DNA from: Candidatus Cryptobacteroides sp. | GTDB lineage: Bacteria; Bacteroidota; Bacteroidia; Bacteroidales; UBA932 | Assembly: GCA_045586745.1 (NCBI GenBank) | Contig: JAZNAW010000105.1 | Span: 308-64,307 of the forward strand | Reading direction: 5' to 3' | Length of the DNA stretch: 64,000 nt | In this document: one piece after another, positions 27,398-36,231 of the stretch | How positions within the stretch are numbered: the stretch's first letter is position 1 | How the letters are laid out: every line of letters begins with the position of its first letter | The notes under the pieces: model-generated | Database searches by the model: none | Seen by the model: the letters and a program-made list of their open reading frames with translations, nothing else | What the model was told of the DNA's origin: nothing | Made by a program: the position numbers and the translations under genes

Positions 27398-29743
27398 CTA
27401 CTCCTTCTTCAGCGCCTCAGCCGGGTTGGTCCTGGCGGCGCGGAGAGTCTGCCAGAGGACGGCGAGGAAGGATATGATGAAAATGGAGAGTGCTGCCGCT
27501 ATATAGATCCATGCTTTCTGGTCCATGCGGTACTGAAATCCTTCCAGATATCTGCCTGCAATATAGACTGCAACAGGTATGGCGATGACGGTGGCGATCA
27601 GGCAGTAGATCATGTATTCGCGGATGCTGCGCCGGCTTTCACTCTGCACTGTGCCTCCGAAGACCTTGCGTACTCCGATCTCCTTTTCATTTTCCTTTGC
27701 GAAGTATGTGCTCATCGCAATCTGTCCGAGGACAGCCAGCATGATCGCGATCACCATGAAGAGGCTGACCATGGTCAACTGATTCTTCACCTGCTGATAT
27801 TCTTCACCGATCAGATCTTCCAGCAGACCGGAATTGACAAGCACATTAGGTCCGAAAGTTTCTTTGGCTCTTTCTGCACTGATTTCGTACAGCTCATTTT
27901 TATGGTCCCTGGTAATTTCGGACATCCTGACGATGTAGTTACCTGCATGAGGAAGGTGCCGAGGATAAACATATACCACTCCAAGTGTCTCATTATCAAG
28001 GTTTATGGCTGAACGCAGCGCGAAGTCCTCAATGATTCCTGCAAGGGTCAGTCCTTCATTATAACGATCCACCTGTGGGGGAAGAATCGGATTCTCTACA
28101 TCAATGCTGAGAGCCTTTACTGCGCTTTCTGTGAGCCATACTCCTGACTTGTCTGACCTGCCATAATCTCTGACTACCTTGAAATCATACAACCTGAAGG
28201 CAGTCGTGTCGCAACTTATGGCACCTAAAAAGACATAGTCGTGATAGAATTCGTCCAGCGGAACAATGCTGGTAGATGCGCTCTGTCCTGGTCTTCCGTA
28301 GGTCCTTCCATAGTCGCTGACATAAGGAAGTTCTTCCAGCTTCTTCTCAAAATCAGGGCTGAATGTATGGGTGTTACATAGATAGAGGTTATCTATATTT
28401 GCGTTCAGCGGCATATCCATCATGTGCTTTATCTGCGAACTCATAACCAATGAAACAGCTACGATTATAATCGCCATTGTATTCTGCAGCATGATGAATA
28501 TCTTTGTGAAAGTCCTCTTGCTGCTATGCCTGAAGTTGCCCTTCAGAATGCTTATGGGACTGAATCGGAATGATATGATTCCTGGTATGATAGCGCATGC
28601 AAGTCCAGCTGTCAGCAGAATCGTGATGTAGAAGATGATGCTTGCAAGGTCAAATCCGATACTGATCGGAACAGGAGAGTTGATGAGATTATTGATCGAC
28701 GGAAGGCATGCCTTTGCAATCAGGAATGCGAAGCACATGCATGAGAATGTCATGAGCATTGACTCCTTTATATATTTTCCCATGACCTTGGATCTGTTGT
28801 CGCCCAGCAGCATCCTTGTCGCCATCTCCTTGCTTCTCTTTCCGGCAAGTGCAGTATTGAGGTTGATGTAATTGAATATGGCCGAAACCAAAAGGAAAAG
28901 TACGATTATGCCGAAGGCCCTCATAGTGGTTTTATTGCCTTGCTTCATGTTGGCTCCGTGCATTGCATCTGACAGATACAGTTTGTCCAGCCTGATGAAG
29001 TTGTAATGTTCTTTTCCTCTGTTGCCTTCGTTAAGATATGAGTCATTGATCTCATTGACCTTTCGTCTTACCTCATTGACGTCGGCACCTTCCTTTAGTC
29101 TGAAGAAAGTCAGTGCGCCTCCTTCCGCTGTCCCCTGGTAGCTGTTGATGTCCTTAAGATAATCGAAGTACGGATGATCGAGACTGACGTATATCCTGTA
29201 TGTGTCGGTAAAGAGCGACAAATCATCAGGATCTTCAATAACGGCTCCTATCGTGAATTGAGTGTTGCTTATATGGAAAGTCTTGCCGACACAGTCATCT
29301 CCACCAAACCTGGCAGCCATGCTTTCTGTAACGATCACGTTATTCACATCGTTCAGTACGTCCTTGTTTCCGGCTAAGAATCTGGCAGGGAACATGTCGA
29401 ACCAATTCAGGCTGATTGCCAGATATCCGACGACTCCTGACAGGTCATTTGAAAAGTCATCATCCGGGTCCATAAGACCTTCATTAGTTGAAAGACATGA
29501 TATGTCTTCAACTTCAGGAATCTGATTCTCGACAATATGATTAAGCCGGACACTTGAGAATGTGGAGTTTGAGAATCCTGCACAGTATGTTCTTTCAAAA
29601 TCCGGATACTGCCTTCCTACAGAATATTGCTGCCACACATAGCAGCTCATGATTATGACAAAAGCCAGCGACACGCTCAATCCCACCCCCATGATGGCAG
29701 TGTACAGCTTGTTTCTCGATAGGAATCTTAAATAGCTTTTCAT
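27398..29743 (-). CDS. ABC transporter permease (MacB-PCD/FtsX duplicated, Bacteroidetes type)
   Basis: MKSYLRFLSRNKLYT, FNYINL...RSKEMATR.LLG, KEIGVRKVFG, TNPAEALKKE. Start at ATG 29743. Confidence 0.92.
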   Translation of the reverse strand: MKSYLRFLSRNKLYTAIMGVGLSVSLAFVIIMSCYVWQQYSVGRQYPDFERTYCAGFSNSTFSSVRLNHIVENQIPEVEDISCLSTNEGLMDPDDDFSNDLSGVVGYLAISLNWFDMFPARFLAGNKDVLNDVNNVIVTESMAARFGGDDCVGKTFHISNTQFTIGAVIEDPDDLSLFTDTYRIYVSLDHPYFDYLKDINSYQGTAEGGALTFFRLKEGADVNEVRRKVNEINDSYLNEGNRGKEHYNFIRLDKLYLSDAMHGANMKQGNKTTMRAFGIIVLFLLVSAIFNYINLNTALAGKRSKEMATRMLLGDNRSKVMGKYIKESMLMTFSCMCFAFLIAKACLPSINNLINSPVPISIGFDLASIIFYITILLTAGLACAIIPGIISFRFSPISILKGNFRHSSKRTFTKIFIMLQNTMAIIIVAVSLVMSSQIKHMMDMPLNANIDNLYLCNTHTFSPDFEKKLEELPYVSDYGRTYGRPGQSASTSIVPLDEFYHDYVFLGAISCDTTAFRLYDFKVVRDYGRSDKSGVWLTESAVKALSIDVENPILPPQVDRYNEGLTLAGIIEDFALRSAINLDNETLGVVYVYPRHLPHAGNYIVRMSEITRDHKNELYEISAERAKETFGPNVLVNSGLLEDLIGEEYQQVKNQLTMVSLFMVIAIMLAVLGQIAMSTYFAKENEKEIGVRKVFGGTVQSESRRSIREYMIYCLIATVIAIPVAVYIAGRYLEGFQYRMDQKAWIYIAAALSIFIISFLAVLWQTLRAARTNPAEALKKE

Positions 29744-29772
29744 TTTCTCGTACAAAGTTTCAGCCTTGCATT

Positions 29773-29881
29773 GATAAAGATTGTGCCAAAGTTGATAAGT
29801 GGTTGATGTCCAGATATTTACCACGAAGATATGTGAAGAGTGACTGTAAAGAAACTTTACATTTTTGTAAAGATCTTTACA
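29773..29881 (-). promoter_or_regulatory. Putative sigma54-type promoter with two upstream palindromic activator sites
   Basis: TGGCAC (-24) at 29783-29788 on minus strand with degenerate -12; TGTAAAG-AAA-CTTTACA (29845-29861) and TGTAAAG-AT-CTTTACA (29866-29881). Confidence 0.55.
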
Positions 29882-29894
29882 ACGGTATCAATAT

Positions 29895-29943
29895 CAGAAA
29901 AAGGTGACTGATCAGTCATAAGACTGACAAGTCACCTTTTCTG
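29895..29943 (-). terminator. Terminator downstream of sdhC
   Basis: Long imperfect hairpin AAAAGGTGACT..TCAGTC/GACTGA..AGTCACCTTTT with T tracts on both sides. Confidence 0.75.
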
Positions 29944-29969
29944 TATTTCAAATCAATGTGTCTGCCTGA

Positions 29970-30653
29970 CTATGCAAGAATGCCGTTTGCGTGGAGGCAA
30001 GCGTTGATTGCAATTGCCGAGAAGCCGAGAACGATTACAGCCACGAAGAAGTAACCGATATAGGTAAGTCTCTTTTCCCAGATCTTGTTGCTCAGACCCA
30101 TGCTCTGGAATGCGCTCCAGAAACCGTGGCAGAGGTGAAGGCCGAGGGCTACGAACCATACGATGTAGACTGCAACCCAGATCCAGCTGCCGAATGTTGC
30201 ATTGAGAAGGTCATATGGACTTGCAGCGTGATGTCCCTGCCATTCTGCGAGCTGCATGTCAGCCCAGAAATGGTTGAGGTGGAAAGCGACAACTCCAAGA
30301 ACGATAACTCCAAGTACAAGCATGTTCTTTGCAGCCCAAGATTCAGCCTTGGTCTTGTTTGCTACAGCATAGCGCTCTGCACCACGTGCCTTGTAGTTTC
30401 CGTAAGAAAGGATGAAGGCGTAAACGATGTGTACGAGGAAGCCTGCAGCAAGTACAGGAACCATGATTGTTACGAAAGGAAGCGCCATGAAATCGCAGCC
30501 TGCCTGGAAGAGACCGTCAGCGGCTCCGTCTGTTCCCTTCAATGTGTCAATCACTGAGAAGAAGTTGATTGTCATGTGCAGAAGGAGGAACACGATGAGG
30601 AACAGTCCGCTTATACTCATGATAAGCTTCTTGGTAATTGATGAAAGTGCCAT
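29970..30653 (-). CDS. sdhC: Succinate dehydrogenase/fumarate reductase cytochrome b subunit
   Basis: SSITKKLIMSISGLFLIVFLLLHM, VHI, FHLNHFW, HLCHGFWSAFQSMG; 5 TMs with heme His ligands. Confidence 0.92.
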   Translation of the reverse strand: MALSSITKKLIMSISGLFLIVFLLLHMTINFFSVIDTLKGTDGAADGLFQAGCDFMALPFVTIMVPVLAAGFLVHIVYAFILSYGNYKARGAERYAVANKTKAESWAAKNMLVLGVIVLGVVAFHLNHFWADMQLAEWQGHHAASPYDLLNATFGSWIWVAVYIVWFVALGLHLCHGFWSAFQSMGLSNKIWEKRLTYIGYFFVAVIVLGFSAIAINACLHANGILA

Positions 30654-30709
30654 AATAGTTTTATAATCTGTTTTAGTTAATATCAGTCAGAATATGCCGT
30701 AAAGCCATG

Positions 30710-30757
30710 CAAAGATATATTCTTTCTTGGAAGTTTCATAATAATTCGATACTTTTG
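30710..30757. promoter_or_regulatory. Divergent -7 promoter elements for sdhC and pyrH
   Basis: TATCTTTG (minus, 30710-30717) and TACTTTTG (plus, 30750-30757). Confidence 0.6.
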
Positions 30758-30786
30758 TTAGCTGTAAAACAGAAACATTATCTATT

Positions 30787-31497
30787 ATGAGTGCATATAG
30801 ACGCGTTCTTTTGAAATTGAGCGGCGAGAGCCTTGGAGGTCCTGCCGGAAAAGGTATTGATGAGAACTGGCTTGCCGCTTATGCGGAAGAGGTTGCCGAG
30901 GCTGTGAAGAACGGCCTGCAGGTTTCGATCGTGATAGGAGGAGGAAACATTTTCCGTGGTCTTCAGGGCGTAGGAAAAGGATTTGACAGGGTGAACGGGG
31001 ACAAGATGGGAATGCTTGCGACCGTGATCAACTCACTTGGTCTTGCAATGGCGATCAGAAGTGCAGGAGTTGAGGCTGAGGTCTTCACTGCGACCCCGAT
31101 GATGCCTGTTGCGCGTTACTATATGAGGGATGACGCTGTTGCCGTAATGGAGAAGGGTGGAGTCGCCCTGATTGCAGGAGGTACCGGAAATCCATATTTC
31201 ACAACCGATTCAGGTGCGGCTCTCCGTGCCCTTGAGATCGGAGCCGATGCCCTTCTGAAGGGCACGCGCGTTGATGGCGTATATACCGCCGATCCTGAAA
31301 AGGATCCGAACGCCGTGAAGTATGACGAGCTCAGCTTCGACAAGGCCATAGAGGACCGTCTCAAGGTGATGGACCAGACAGCTTTCGCGCTTTGCCGTGA
31401 AGGCAACATGCCTATCATCGTTTTCGACATGAATCAGAAAGGCAACCTTACAAAGCTTGTGAAAGGCGAGAAGGTAGGAACCCTGGTACATGTTTAA
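30787..31497 (+). CDS. pyrH: Uridylate kinase
   Basis: VLLKLSGE, GGGNIFRG, MGMLATVIN, GTGNPYFTTDS. Confidence 0.97.
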   Translation: MSAYRRVLLKLSGESLGGPAGKGIDENWLAAYAEEVAEAVKNGLQVSIVIGGGNIFRGLQGVGKGFDRVNGDKMGMLATVINSLGLAMAIRSAGVEAEVFTATPMMPVARYYMRDDAVAVMEKGGVALIAGGTGNPYFTTDSGAALRALEIGADALLKGTRVDGVYTADPEKDPNAVKYDELSFDKAIEDRLKVMDQTAFALCREGNMPIIVFDMNQKGNLTKLVKGEKVGTLVHV

Positions 31498-31555
31498 CAT
31501 TGGGTGATGCCTCCCGAAAGAAGAAATGAAAAATAATTATTAAAAGACTGATACT

Positions 31556-32119
31556 ATGATTACAAGAGCTAAAGAAATTCTGGCAGGTGCAAAGGACAAG
31601 ATGTCCAATGCCGTGAATCACCTCGACGAGGACCTCAAGACATATCGCGCAGGCAAGGCAAATCCGCTTGTATTCAACAATGTGATGGTTGATTATTACG
31701 GCAGCCCTACACCTATCCCGCAGGTCGCTTCCGTGACTACTCCTGATGCGAAGACCCTCATGCTCCAGCCATGGGAGAAGAAGATGATAGGTCCTATCGA
31801 GAAGGCTATCATTGATGCAAACCTAGGTCTTACACCTTCGAACAACGGAGAGAGCATCCGCTGTACTGTCCCAGCTCTTACAGAGGAGCGTCGCCGTGAA
31901 CTTCTCAAGAAGGCGAAGGGAGCCGGCGAGAATGCGAAGGTAAGCGTCCGTAACGCGCGTCGTGACGCTATCGAACTTCTTAAGAAGGCTAACAAGGAAG
32001 GTATGCCTGAAGACCTTCAGAAGGAGTACGAGCAGCTTGTCCAGAAGGAGACAGATGCTTTCACAAAGAAGATTGATGAGCTCGTGGCTGCAAAGGAGAA
32101 GGAAATGATGACTGTATAG
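31556..32119 (+). CDS. frr: Ribosome recycling factor
   Basis: RAGKANP, VDYYG, LTEERR, VRNARRDA; follows pyrH. Confidence 0.97.
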   Translation: MITRAKEILAGAKDKMSNAVNHLDEDLKTYRAGKANPLVFNNVMVDYYGSPTPIPQVASVTTPDAKTLMLQPWEKKMIGPIEKAIIDANLGLTPSNNGESIRCTVPALTEERRRELLKKAKGAGENAKVSVRNARRDAIELLKKANKEGMPEDLQKEYEQLVQKETDAFTKKIDELVAAKEKEMMTV

Positions 32120-32176
32120 TCTTTGACAGAAAAAATCTTTTCTATTAACTAAAGATTATTTATATTTGTGACCGTT

Positions 32177-32236
32177 ATGGGAACTTATCGATTTAACAGC
32201 TTCGGTTTTTATTATTTCTATTTCCAGAAAAGGTGA
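32177..32236 (+). CDS. Phe/Tyr-rich attenuator leader peptide MGTYRFNSFGFYYFYFQKR
   Basis: Translated by hand: 19 codons, 5 Phe + 4 Tyr. Lies between a TATATTTG -7 element (32161-32168) and a terminator hairpin upstream of pheA. Confidence 0.85.
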   Translation: MGTYRFNSFGFYYFYFQKR

Positions 32237-32276
32237 TGGACCGGATGCTGTGTGTCGAATAATATAGATTTATGTC

Positions 32277-32312
32277 ATGCTGTCCGGAAAAATCCGGACA
32301 GCATTTTCATTT
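32277..32312 (+). terminator. Attenuator terminator hairpin
   Basis: 12-bp perfect stem ATGCTGTCCGGA/TCCGGACAGCAT, AAAA loop, then TTTCATTT. Confidence 0.8.
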
Positions 32313-32324
32313 GAAAGGGAATAT

Positions 32325-33155
32325 ATGAAAAGAATAGCGATTCAGGGTATCAAGGGATGTTTCCACGAGCAGGCGGCATATATGTTTTACGAGAGAGAGG
32401 GTATGCCGAGACCGGAAGTTGTGGAGTGTGTTTTGTTTGAGGATCTGTATAAAAGAATGGATGAAGGTAAGGCTGATGCTGCGATCATGGCTATTGAGAA
32501 TACTGTTTCAGGAGGACTTCTTCCGAACTTCGAGCTCCTGCGCAAGTACGACCGCAAGATCAAGGGTGAGGTTTTCCTGAGGATAAAGCAGAACCTTATG
32601 ACCCTTCCCGGACAGAAGATAGAGGATATCCATGAAGTGAGGTCGCATTATATGGCCATAAACCAGACCCGTCCGTATTTCGCGGATTATCCATGGATCC
32701 GCCTTGTGGAATATGCCGATACGGCGACAAGTGCCAGGGATATTGCAAGAGAAGGCGTTCCCGGAGTAGGTGCCATTGCATCTGATCTGGCGGCAGAGAT
32801 ATATGGTCTTGAAGTGATTTCGGAAAGCATAGAGACATATAAGCAGAACTTCACCAGGTTCCTGATTCTTGACGATTCGCTTCAGGTAGACAGGTCAAGG
32901 ATAAACAAGGCTTCGATGTGCTTTACCCTGCCTCACAAGCCTGGCTCATTGACTCATGTGCTGACGATACTTTCGTTCTACGACATGAACCTGACAAGGA
33001 TTCAGTCCCTGCCGATACCTGGCCAGGAGTGGCAGTATTTCTTTTATGTGGACATCAAGTTTGAAGATTACACAAGATATGAACAGGCGCTGACGGCGGT
33101 AAAGCCTCTGATGACCGACCTGAACATACTTGGAGAATATGAAGCGGCGGTTTAG
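32325..33155 (+). CDS. pheA: Prephenate dehydratase with ACT domain
   Basis: IAIQGIKGCFHE, AIENT, NFTRF, HKPGSL, NLTRIQSLP. True start ATG 32325; the longer ORF start lies in the terminator stem. Confidence 0.93.
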   Translation: MKRIAIQGIKGCFHEQAAYMFYEREGMPRPEVVECVLFEDLYKRMDEGKADAAIMAIENTVSGGLLPNFELLRKYDRKIKGEVFLRIKQNLMTLPGQKIEDIHEVRSHYMAINQTRPYFADYPWIRLVEYADTATSARDIAREGVPGVGAIASDLAAEIYGLEVISESIETYKQNFTRFLILDDSLQVDRSRINKASMCFTLPHKPGSLTHVLTILSFYDMNLTRIQSLPIPGQEWQYFFYVDIKFEDYTRYEQALTAVKPLMTDLNILGEYEAAV

Positions 33156-33157
33156 AA

Positions 33158-34024
33158 ATGAAGAATATAGGAATAATAGGACTCGGACTGATAGGCGGTT
33201 CGATGGCGATAGACCTGAAGAGGAAGGACTATGCCTTGCAGATACTCGGTGTGGAGAGTGACCCGGTCAATGCTTCTGCAGCCGAACGGATCGGGCTGGT
33301 CGATGAGGTCACGACTGTTGACGACTGTGTCAGAAGAAGTGATGTCATAATCGTTTCCGTGCCGGTGGGAGCGGCTCTGAAGATAGTTCCCCAGGTTCTG
33401 GACATAATGGCGGAGACATATCCGGACGGAGGTTGTCCGAAGGTGCTGATGGATGTCTGTTCGACGAAGGAGAGCCTTGCCCAGGCGGTGAAGTATCACC
33501 CGATGAGGAAATGCTATGTCGCCTCTCATCCGATGTCTGGTACGGAATACAGCGGACCCTGGGCTGCACTGCCGGGCCTTTTCGACGGACGCGCATGCAT
33601 AATCTGCGATTTCAGCGAATCATCTCCGGGCGCTGTGCGTACGGTCGAGGAAATATATGGAGTATTGAACATGAGGGTGGTTCACATGAACTCGTCGAGC
33701 CACGATGTCCATACCGCATATGTGTCCCATTTCTCACATGTGATCTCGTTCGCCCTTGCGCTTACGGTGCTTGAGAAGGAAAAGGACGAGAAGCATATCT
33801 TCGACCTCGCTTCGGGAGGATTCTCCTCGACGGTGCGTCTGGCCAAGAGCAGCGCGGACATGTGGACGCCTATCCTTATGCAGAACAGGGAGAATGTCCT
33901 TCGTGTGATGGAGACATATACCGACAAGCTGGAGGCGTTCCGCAAGGCGATGGAAGATGCTGATGAGGATGCTGTCAGAAAACTCATCCAAGATGCCAAC
34001 AGGATAAGAAGAATAATCAGATAA
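33158..34024 (+). CDS. tyrA: Prephenate dehydrogenase
   Basis: IIGLGLIGGS, DVCSTK, HPMSGTE, HD...AYVSH. Confidence 0.93.
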   Translation: MKNIGIIGLGLIGGSMAIDLKRKDYALQILGVESDPVNASAAERIGLVDEVTTVDDCVRRSDVIIVSVPVGAALKIVPQVLDIMAETYPDGGCPKVLMDVCSTKESLAQAVKYHPMRKCYVASHPMSGTEYSGPWAALPGLFDGRACIICDFSESSPGAVRTVEEIYGVLNMRVVHMNSSSHDVHTAYVSHFSHVISFALALTVLEKEKDEKHIFDLASGGFSSTVRLAKSSADMWTPILMQNRENVLRVMETYTDKLEAFRKAMEDADEDAVRKLIQDANRIRRIIR

Positions 34025-34044
34025 TTAATTTAAATACAGTTGTT

Positions 34045-35145
34045 ATGAGTGACAAGAAACTGGATTTGGTGCCTTTGTGCGAATGGGGAATGTTCACGCT
34101 GCCTAAGCCTTGCGTCGTGGCAGGTCCGTGCAGCGCAGAGACTGAAGAGCAGGTGATGGAAACGGCCAAGGGGCTCAAGGAATTGGGAATCAATGTGTTC
34201 CGTGCAGGAATCTGGAAGCCAAGAACCCATCCGGGATGCTTTGAGGGCATCGGTGTGCCGGGCTTGAAATGGCTTCAGAGAGTGAAGTCTGAATATGGAC
34301 TCAAGGTAGCTACCGAGGTGGCGAGTGAGAAGCATGTGAGCGAATGTCTGAAACATGGGGTCGACATGGTCTGGATAGGAGCTCGTACCACAGCCAATCC
34401 TTTCCTGGTGCAGGAAATTGCGGATGCTCTGAAGGGTACAGACATACCAGTGCTTGTCAAGAATCCTGTCAATCCGGATCTTGAACTCTGGATAGGCGCG
34501 CTGGAACGCTTGAGCCGGGCAGGGGTCAGGAAACTAGGAGTCATCCACAGAGGCTTCTCGACATTCGATAAGATACGGTATCGTAATGATCCGCATTGGG
34601 ATATAGCCATAGAGATGCGAAGCCGTTTTCCGGAACTGCCTTTCTTCGTGGACCCAAGCCATCTGGGCGGCAGCCGGGACTATATTCTTGAGATTTCTCA
34701 GAGATCTCTGGACCTTGGATTCGAGGGACTTATGGTCGAATCGCACTTCAAGCCTGAGATTGCCCTCAGCGATGCAAAGCAGCAGCTGACTCCGCCTCAA
34801 CTCAAGAATATGCTGCACAATCAGATTGTTGTAAGGGATTCAGATTCAGATTCTCAGGAATGGAGAGAGAACATAGACCAGCTGCGAGCCAAGATAGATG
34901 TGATTGACGAGAACATAATCTATGCACTGGGTTCGAGACAGAAGGTCAGTCAGAAGATCGGAGAATACAAGAAGAACAACAATATCGCAATCGTGCAGGC
35001 TTCCAGGTGGGATGCCCTTATCGCTAAAGTAATCGAAAAGGGAGAAGAATACGGTCTGTCAAAGAAACTTATGACAGATGTCTTCAATGCCATTCATGAA
35101 GCCTCTGTAGAGGCGCAGAACGAGATTATTTCAGATAACCGTTAA
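34045..35145 (+). CDS. Bifunctional DAHP synthase (type I-beta-like) / chorismate mutase
   Basis: AGPCSAE, WKPRT, IGART, VKNP, DPSH; C-terminal LRAKIDVIDE chorismate mutase. Confidence 0.92.
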   Translation: MSDKKLDLVPLCEWGMFTLPKPCVVAGPCSAETEEQVMETAKGLKELGINVFRAGIWKPRTHPGCFEGIGVPGLKWLQRVKSEYGLKVATEVASEKHVSECLKHGVDMVWIGARTTANPFLVQEIADALKGTDIPVLVKNPVNPDLELWIGALERLSRAGVRKLGVIHRGFSTFDKIRYRNDPHWDIAIEMRSRFPELPFFVDPSHLGGSRDYILEISQRSLDLGFEGLMVESHFKPEIALSDAKQQLTPPQLKNMLHNQIVVRDSDSDSQEWRENIDQLRAKIDVIDENIIYALGSRQKVSQKIGEYKKNNNIAIVQASRWDALIAKVIEKGEEYGLSKKLMTDVFNAIHEASVEAQNEIISDNR

Positions 35146-36214
35146 GAGTGGATGCAAACAGCTCCTGTTCCTCTTCAGAGAAGAAGTTCACCTGGATCGG
35201 AGCGTAGAACATCCTTTGCCTGAGATTGTCAGGGACCTTCTTGCAGTCACGGATTCTCTGGCAATCTTTTTCTGTAGTCATCACTACAGAGGTAGGGAAG
35301 GCCCGTGCTGCACTGTTTATGGACGATATGTCCGCCTTTGTGAATTTGTGGTGGTCTGGAAAGTCGAAGTGCCGGACTATCTTATAATTTCCGCTGAGAT
35401 AGTTGCGCAAAGGCTTGTCGTTGGCGATTCCGGAGAAAAGGATCAGTCTCTGTGTATAGAGATAACGTGGGTCGCCTTCCGGGAATATTGCCTGGGACTG
35501 GCCGTATCCTATCGATGTAAAGAATAGATGCTGGTCTTTTCTTACTCCAAGAGCCTCCTTCCATTTGCCTTTTTCCCATGCGTCAAGATAGGTGGGACAT
35601 TTCGATACGATGATGATATCCGCCGCCTTTATACGTTCTGGCAGGTCGCGCAGCTTTCCTACAGGCATGAGGTGGTCCTTGAATGTCGGGCGGTTGTAGT
35701 CCACGAGGACAATGGATACTGTCGGCTTCAATGCCCTGTGCTGGAACGCGTCATCAAGGATTATGAGGTCCGCTTTCGGGAAATCCTTATGGAGACACCT
35801 TCTCGCCTTCTTTGAGGTGTGGACGAGATCGGGATTGCAAAGGAAGTCACATCCTTCCTTACGCGACTTGTCCACTGCTACGGTTATGAACGGGAACTTC
35901 CTCTTTATCTGGAGAGGCTCGTCTCCGAACTCTTTTGCCGTACCTTCGGCAACAACCTGCTGGAATCCCTTTGTTCTTCGCTTGTATCCTCTGGAAAGGA
36001 CAGCAATGTTTCTTGCTCCCCAGTCCATATCCTGCATAAGTGTCCTCAGAAGCATTTCGGTGTGCGGAGTCTTGCCAGTTCCGCCTACGGTGATATTGCC
36101 CACGCATATGGTAGGAACATCAGCCTTATGGACTTTCTTAAGCCCATGGTCATACATGAAATGTCTGATCTTAAGGATCAGCCAGTATGGGAAAAGTAAA
36201 ATCTTGTCAATCAT
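35126..36214 (-). CDS. lpxK: Tetraacyldisaccharide 4'-kinase
   Basis: VGNITVGGTGKTP, LSRGYKR, LDDAFQH, FPDHH, TTEKD. Confidence 0.96.
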   Translation of the reverse strand: MIDKILLFPYWLILKIRHFMYDHGLKKVHKADVPTICVGNITVGGTGKTPHTEMLLRTLMQDMDWGARNIAVLSRGYKRRTKGFQQVVAEGTAKEFGDEPLQIKRKFPFITVAVDKSRKEGCDFLCNPDLVHTSKKARRCLHKDFPKADLIILDDAFQHRALKPTVSIVLVDYNRPTFKDHLMPVGKLRDLPERIKAADIIIVSKCPTYLDAWEKGKWKEALGVRKDQHLFFTSIGYGQSQAIFPEGDPRYLYTQRLILFSGIANDKPLRNYLSGNYKIVRHFDFPDHHKFTKADISSINSAARAFPTSVVMTTEKDCQRIRDCKKVPDNLRQRMFYAPIQVNFFSEEEQELFASTLNGYLK

Positions 36215-36231
36215 GCTGTTGTAGATAGGGT

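Noticed and set aside
32277-32324. N-terminal extension of PheA from ATG 32277
   Set aside because: That ATG lies in the attenuator stem; homology starts at MKRIAIQG (32325). Similar over-long starts were trimmed for topA, ddl, the aminopeptidase, the DUF697 protein, the ABC permease, dusB and pfkA.
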